NCBI GenBank assembly: GCA_030141605.1
Contig: JAQGDQ010001060.1
Span: 1 to 64,000 of the forward strand
Reading direction: 5' to 3'
Source: Tubiluchus corallicola
Lineage: Eukaryota; Animalia; Priapulida
DNA length: 64,000 nucleotides
Position 1 is the stretch's first letter. Each line of letters opens with the position of its first letter. Position numbers and translations under genes: made by a program. Below are positions 51,216 to 64,000 of this stretch, one piece after another. The notes under the pieces are model-generated. The model had not been told where the DNA came from. It worked only from the letters and a program-made list of their open reading frames with translations, and did not search any database.

Positions 51216-53589
51216 GATGACAGAAACTCACACATTACTTGTGAGCTTCTAGAGTGACGTTCAGTAATAATACTATTGTAAATGCTTTTACTCTCATTAA
51301 AGTACACAAAATGCTACTGACATAGTTACACTAAACTCCCCTGCAAATAGTCCTGAAATGACATACACCTTATAGTTATAGTAATTACGTTTTGTACACA
51401 CTTGTATTGACTTTGCATACACCTGGTTTTGTTACACATTTCTATTGGTGACCTTTGCATATTCATTGTTCTGTATGAAGCCGTGAACATCCTTTAGGCT
51501 ATTTCATTCCCTTACGTTGGTTTCTATATCACGCAGCATTATTGCTGCATACTTGGTGATTCAAATGATTCACTTCAAGTGCGGCAGTGCTGTCAAATTA
51601 AAGTAAAATGCACTTACATGTGCCTATGTTACACGTCACGCCTATGGTTCATATATAACGCTGACATCGATATAACATCATTTACAAACAAAATGCAGAT
51701 ATAATCATAAACGCAAACGACTAAATAATTATAAAACAAAATTTATTAATTAATTTACACTGTTGATGGTGTTATTAAAGCTTGTATAATTTTGTAAACA
51801 AGATTAACAGAAGATTGGAGTCGTGACGATCCACGAACGGCACGAAATAAATATCACCGTAATATTCCAGTTAAGGATATTAACTCCATAATTTATTAAT
51901 TAGTGCACTTGCCAAAGCAGATTACTGAGATAATCTGCTTGGTCAATTAGGCGAATAAGAGAACCTAATACAGACTACACAATTCACGTTAAGTTTTTAA
52001 CTTTGCAAATCCTTAGGTATATCCTAGCAAATCAAAGTAAAATATATATATAGCTTCATATCTAATACACGTTGGCAACGCTGCAACCATGATAAACTAA
52101 CAGAATCGCTAAAAAATACATCTCTTGGCAGTGGTCTAACTTAGTTGCAAACTCTCCTCGCTAATTTTTTACAAAAACTATACTTAACCAATTATTACTA
52201 GATGTTCTCTAAAACAGCCACGCTTGCATCAATGCAACAGTAAACAGAAAGCTTTCTCTTTATAATAAATGCAATGCACTGGACATTTATGCACTAATTA
52301 TCATCTACCCTCCTCCTCGCTAAAATTTTGTTTTCCAAAAACAAGTAAAATAGAACTGTGAAAAAGATAATGATTATTTTTATCTCTCTAGCAATGACTT
52401 TCGTTATGCACCACTGCGTATCTTTAAAACTTGGTACATTTTTTGTAAACTTAAAATGTTCAAATGTGTTATGTCTCGACAACATTAGTAACATTGTTAG
52501 AAACTTTATAGAACATTTAACATAAATCTCTCTTGCTTATTAATATGTTTATGCACAAAGACTGCTGCCATGATTTAGTTGTACTTCACTGTCACGACAA
52601 ACGTATAAAAGTCTAGAGGAAACACACCAAAAGATTTTATGAAACGCAAAAGAACAAAAATGGTGCTGATCCTGGGTCCTTGACAGAGAAAAATCTATGA
52701 AATACTGTTGCTCTGTATTTGTGCTGGGATTTGAAACGGATGTGGCGATTTACCAAACCAGTTTATGAGCCAGTACGTCGTCATTGGTCCTTTACCCTAT
52801 AACAAGACAGCATTCTAAAAACTAATGCTTTACAAGTTTCTATAAACTACCTACAGTTTTAAATTAAAATGTACAAAAAAGAGCGTCAGGAAGCTAGTGG
52901 TACTGATTATCTTCCTATATTACAAATAATGCGCGATGAAGATGAAATTTTCACGTCTTTTAAACTTACTTTAAAAATCTGGCTCAATATATTACATTCA
53001 ATCAAATGCATAAATTTCAGTTTGCCAAGCAGTCGCCATTAGACTATTTGGCACTGAATAAATGGGTACCTGGTTCATATTTCAAAAACAAAGTAAGAAG
53101 CAGTCGCTTTTTGAACGGTTAAACGGTTAAATGATTATGGCAAAAAATGCGAACTATAGCCTTTATTAACACATCAGTTAACCAAATTTATATAATTATA
53201 TATTTTATTCGTGTCAATATTAAAATGGGAGCACACAGTACCAATCAAGAAGTAAAGTACTGCAATAAGATGGATTTTTGAAGACATATTCGTTTATCAT
53301 AGTTTTCCAAACTTTGTGATTTCCAACAGACCCTGTAACAGCTTTGTGTTCATTATCATATAATCTGATCGTGAATTAATTATTTGTACAAGGGTTTTTC
53401 TATGTTTTCTGTTTATACAAACACCTTACCATCGTATGAATATCTTAAATATTTATTATTTGTTTTAGGTTAATGATTGCTAGACCATTAGTACTGATGC
53501 AAACACAGGCTAATATTCTTTCAACATAACACAATAAAGACAGTAAGCAAAATAAATAATATGCAACTACTGTCTATGCAATCTTGTCA

Positions 53590-54235
53590 ACTACTGCCAA
53601 TTGGGTATTTATTTTCCATTGGCAAGCAAGCAGTTGATCTATGGAACTCCCTCTCATCTATTATTAAACAATCAGAATAACTGGCTGTTTTTAAAAAGAA
53701 ACAGAAACAATACCAACTAACAACTAAGTAGATTTCAAAAGCCATCTCATGTAAATGATGTTAACTTCTTTAATCCAAGTTTTAAATATCCACGTGACCA
53801 CGTCCCTGATAACTGATGGGGGATATCTATATTATAGTAAAATACCAAGCGCAATTATACTATAATTATAATTTGCAATTCGTAATTTGTAAATTATAAC
53901 TCTGTAATCTATATATTATTATATTTATATGTACATTGTGTATATCAAGATAATTTGACGCAATTTTTGTCTAACATATATTATGCATTTTCCTGTTGTA
54001 CTGTATCGCGCGTATATATTGTATTATGCTCTGTGGCATCTATTTATCTGAATGTGTGTATTGAATTATTGCTTTTAGTTTTAGTTTTATGCACTAACAG
54101 GTTATAGTTTTGCGCCTGATGCATTTGCCTTTAGCAGTATCTTAATGTGCAAAATATTTTTATCACTGGGGATTCTCATTTTATTGTAACCCAATTTTAT
54201 GGCAAATAAAGTACATTATATTATATATTATATAA
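53590..54235 (+). mobile_element. LINE (L2/Crack-like) 3' end; related tail at about 61670-61805
   Basis: LWNSLSSIIKQS..LAVFKK-like translation then tail gcatttgccttta.cagt...ttttatggcaaataaag, shared with 61703-61800. Confidence 0.55.
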
Positions 54236-57200
54236 AAGCAACAAGCCAAAAAAGGAATTACGTCAGTGTAAATCAACAACCTTTCATTTATTGAGCCTAA
54301 TGTAGCGATTACATGCAGTTATATAGGATTTTTCCGATTTTGTAATAGCAAAATAAATTCGTCACTATCGCACCAGGCGATTAAAGGAGCGTTAAGAGTC
54401 TTTTTACAAGCACATGTTTTTGTGATGCATCGATATCGTACTATAAATTGCCATGTGCGACTCGGTCCCTAAGTTCTCCCTCTGGTTACTAGAGATCTTG
54501 CAAAGCACATTTGCCCACACAGACCACCGTAACTGTCAACTAACACCAATAGAATTCAGTTGCATCAGCCTGGCAGTGTAGACCAAAACTAGACGTCATA
54601 ATAAGTGTTTTAATTCCACATGACGTTATTTGTTTCAGTGGCATGTGACTATAAATTTTTAGCTTTTCCAAATGATCATTTCTAATTAAAACAGCTTTGT
54701 GAAAAAAATTGTGCCAAATATTAATGAATGCAGCTGTTATACTGTAACAAAATAAAATGCTACTTTACTATTTTTGAGTTTTTATAATTGCAGTTAGTTG
54801 ACGATACCTGAAAGTTATACTGGGTTACCGAGACGCACATATATATCACATTACAGCCTGTGTTACAACAATGCGATATTCGCTAGTAAGCAGCAATAAC
54901 TCAATTATGTCTGCAAATATAATTACCTGTAGTGCTTTCTCTAACTTCGTATGTGGTTAGAGGTTATTTTCAGCTACATGTTTAGGCTGCAGGTATGTGT
55001 ATTTAATAAAATTTATAAATCTTAGACATTTTATATAAAGGCCTATATTGCCTTTTACATACGCTTGTATTTTCTGCATTACATAAGACCATAGGCTACG
55101 ATGATTTTTGCTTATTGCAGAAACACGCAAGTGCTATAAATATTTAAAGCCACCGCGTCTTATGAATTTCTAAATTTCAGCAAATATCTAGGTAATACCA
55201 GCGTAGCCGTTTTATGGGAAACAACAAAACCCGTGTCACGTGATTCATGACTAGTTCGATGACTCAGGAAGGAAATGGTTTCTGATGTTAAGGATATTTT
55301 GTATTAGATGTGATACTCCTAAAATTCTTATAAAAAACGTGCGAAGTATACCTGGACAAATTATGAATTACTATTCGATAAAAACAGAATTTATGAAGTA
55401 TTTGAGCCCCAGATTGTGAGATAAAGGATGAAAATTATGATCACAATTTCTTAATTATCCTGTTTCTTTGTGCTTTTATAGATAGTTGAATACGACGTTT
55501 GATCAGACAACTTTATGTGCTTTCGGATATCGATTTTTTTATTACCTATATGCGTACAGTGTTGACCTCGAAGTCACATGAGTCTATTATCATTTATTTT
55601 ATGCAAATATTTTGTTCAGTATATGTATATATATGTTGCGCTGATACATATTTATCACTGTGATGGTCCAGTATGGTAATGTAGGGAATCACTAGCCTGA
55701 CAACCGTGCTCATAATTTGTTTACATTGATAAACTAGCTGATGACGAAGAGATAAACTTCACTTTCCTTTTGCCTTTTTGATTTAATTTAATGTTTTACT
55801 AAATCACATTTTTATCTTATAAATTACTACCCCCGCTAGCTAGGTCACTTGGGTGGGTACACAAGTATTACATAATAGAGTAAGATTTTCGCCCTTAAAA
55901 TTAAATCGCTGAAGCTAGATGTTCACGTGAGCAGTGTGACCAAGATTTTTTTACTTGCCGACTTTATGCCACGTAACAGTAGAGAGTGGTTTGAGTACGT
56001 CTACACGCTAAGTATCTTCCGTCTGGTATCCTGCCTCAATTTGATGTCAAGACTTTGATGGGTCACCTAGTTCTGGTGCAAGGTTCACGGACCCGAGGAG
56101 ACTTTAGCAAATCACAGAAAGACGTAACGGTGTACCTCTACTTACCATATTACTCTCGTAAATCACTAACTGCTAATTGTCATTTGTTGGGTTAACACGA
56201 CAGGGATGCTGGACTGTATTCACTCTAGGGGATCCTGTTATCTTCACGTAGAAGTTAAATATTTACCATGTTGGGAACATCGTCTGTGGGACACCGGCAT
56301 GCAAAATCTGTAAGCTGTGACAGTGTGGACTGTTGTACCGCCAGCAGAACAACACTCAGCAGAATCTGGTTAGATCGCCAATATTCTGGGGAAGGGGTTT
56401 GGTCCTGAATGTTTTATAGATGAAGCGAAAATAAATTTTATCTATCTGTTCTTATTTATTAAGTCTTGATTCTATAGTGTAGGTATACTTATTACGGCAG
56501 TTAAACTTGTGCAGACACACACCACTATTCTACGTACTGCGTTCCCAGGTGGTTTTTTCACCTTGTCTAACACCATAGATGGGCGATTCTATTACGGACA
56601 AAGGGAAGGGATGTTTTATCTCATTGCGAGTCTACGATCGCATTTTGTGCCATGTTTACCTTTGACGACACGCTTTATCAAAATAATAATAATTTTAATT
56701 ATGAAGCTCTCTGTATTACAAAATTAAACTCTTAGCTTTTTACTAAGACTATGGCTTAATTCATGTTGCTGTCGCCATCAATATGACATTATATTAGCAG
56801 GACTGACTATTTGATTTATTAAAAGTTAAAACTTATTTATGTTAGGCAATGCACACTATATTTGTAGAGTTGAGCTGAACGGGGGTATATAAACCGTAGT
56901 TCAAACCCATTTTACCCAAGCGCTATGGTAAAATGATTATGATATTATGATAATACACTAATTTGACGTCCCCTTTTCAGTCTGCAGAGGATTAATTCCT
57001 ATAATTTAAATTGCTATACGTAGCTGTGTGTACAAACTTGTAATTGTACTGCATTGTAATTTCGTAATGTTATTACCAAATAACAGTTTTTTACCTGCAT
57101 AATTACTGGCATATTAACTGTCTCATCATACACTTAACATACATCTAATGGAAAATAAAGATTTTTCTATCTATCTAATTAGTTTATCATTAAATACTAA

Positions 57201-57351
57201 TACGGGATAAAAGGCACTTAAGCACAGAATAAAAATAAATTAGTTAATTTGTGTCATTAATAATAGCTTATTTTATTTACTGTCGAATAAACGATATTCT
57301 GTATTAAATTATTATCACACAACAATATACAAACCGTCAGGAAAAAACGTC

Positions 57352-57485
<134 letters not shown>

Positions 57486-57611
57486 AGCATAACATACCTA
57501 CTAATGGCCAATTCATAATCTGCATGTCAGCATGATTTTTCTAGAACTGTAACTTCTGTTGTTTTCAAATTTTGTACACTAGTATCGGATGATAACATCA
57601 GCTGCATGACA

Positions 57612-57960
57612 TGGCCAAGGCTCAAGCAAGACAGGTCACGGCATTATACTTGGTTATCAAAGTTAAGAAAGTTGCCAAGGCTGGTCAGTTAATGGATGGG
57701 AGAACTGCTTCATTACTTTCTCTACAATTTTCCACACTAGTTTCATTTGCATTACGGTTCTGGCTGTTACCTTGTAAAGGATGGGGATATGTCTGAATGT
57801 GGCTAAGATACCTATGCTGGTTCAGTGACTTCTCTTAGAGGCATAACCTTGATAATGAGTCAGGTTCCTCACTTGCCACAAACTTCCAAATTAAGTAGGC
57901 CCTCCCGTTGAATGCTGGATTCCAGCTTGCAGTGTACTGAATAGTCAAAAAACATTGCCA
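57612..57960 (+). mobile_element. 5S rRNA-derived SINE (SINE3-like), copy 2
   Basis: atcaaagttaagaaagttgccaaggctggtcagttaatggatgggagaac resembles 5S boxes A/IE/C (gaagttaagc...ggttagtacttggatgggagacc); body shared with 44215-44545. Confidence 0.6.
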
Positions 57961-58081
57961 AGGCCATATCACTACTCAAAGTTATACAATTATTATAATT
58001 TCAAAAAAGCTTTCTGTAAATTACACCACAAATTGTTTTAATTACAAAAATTACATAACTTTTATTATAAAGAATACTTAC

Positions 58082-63392
<5,311 letters not shown>

Positions 63393-64000
63393 CTACAAAT
63401 CGAATAAACTACAAAACACCTTCATACTAAAATCCTCATCTTCTATGTTTAGTAACTACTAATGCTAACGGCAAATCCATTTAATCACTGTAAACAGTGC
63501 TGACATGAAAACGCTTTTGCAGATAGACAACAAAAAGCTATTGTACCATTGAAGCAGCAAATTAGTCTAAAAAACTGTATAGCATTTCAAAACATTTCAA
63601 AGGCTATGTTATCACATTAATAAAAAAGCAAAATAGGACGAGACATACATTGCAGTTATGAAAGACAGCAACTCTGTTTGAAACGTGTCTCTGTGAATAA
63701 CTACCACCATACATAGACCATCAGTAATTGCTGCTATATAGTATGAAACTAACTGCTGTCAAATTAAGTGCTTGATTAATGGAGAAGCCACATATTTATT
63801 AAACTACCTGTCACAGGTAATAAAACAAAAATCTACAGATATTATTTTTAAAAACTGCATTACAGCAATTATTTGTCTACATGATTTTAATGTTGACTTA
63901 TAATGTGAAACTTTGATTAGATGCAGGTCTGAATTGTCAGACTAGAGACAGGGCCTACAAATTGCAGGCAAGCATCTAGCTTCTCATTTGCATGTAGTTT

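Noticed and set aside
57612-57710. 5S rRNA gene
   Set aside because: Too diverged and followed by a repeat body instead of a T-run terminator; treated as SINE3-like.

Overview
AT-rich, intron-containing eukaryotic (invertebrate animal-like) genomic DNA; most short ORFs in the six-frame track are noise. By manual GT-AG splicing I can build five protein-coding genes. They are a NAT16/histidine N-acetyltransferase-like GNAT (+, 3093-7311), an omega-class GST with atypical G-site residues (+, 10874-15792), DNAJC27/RBJ (+, 17948-25623), the eIF4E-binding protein Mextli (-, 29646-44036), and the 3' part of a receptor-type-like guanylyl cyclase lacking its catalytic Asn/Arg (-, 58082-63392, continuing past the window). 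The first 6.9 kb is a large palindrome: 1-2417 is an apparently exact inverted copy of 4478-6894, carrying NAT16 exon 3 and part of exon 4. The arms flank a spacer holding the promoter and exons 1-2, with breakpoints in inverted tRNA-SINE-like heads; this is either a real inverted duplication or a fold-back assembly artefact. Mobile DNA includes a full-length frameshifted Tigger/pogo element with intact TIRs, several MITEs, CR1/L2 LINE remnants, 5S-derived and tRNA-derived SINEs, a Tc1/mariner relic and many simple repeats. All homology calls come from recalled motifs; no search was run.
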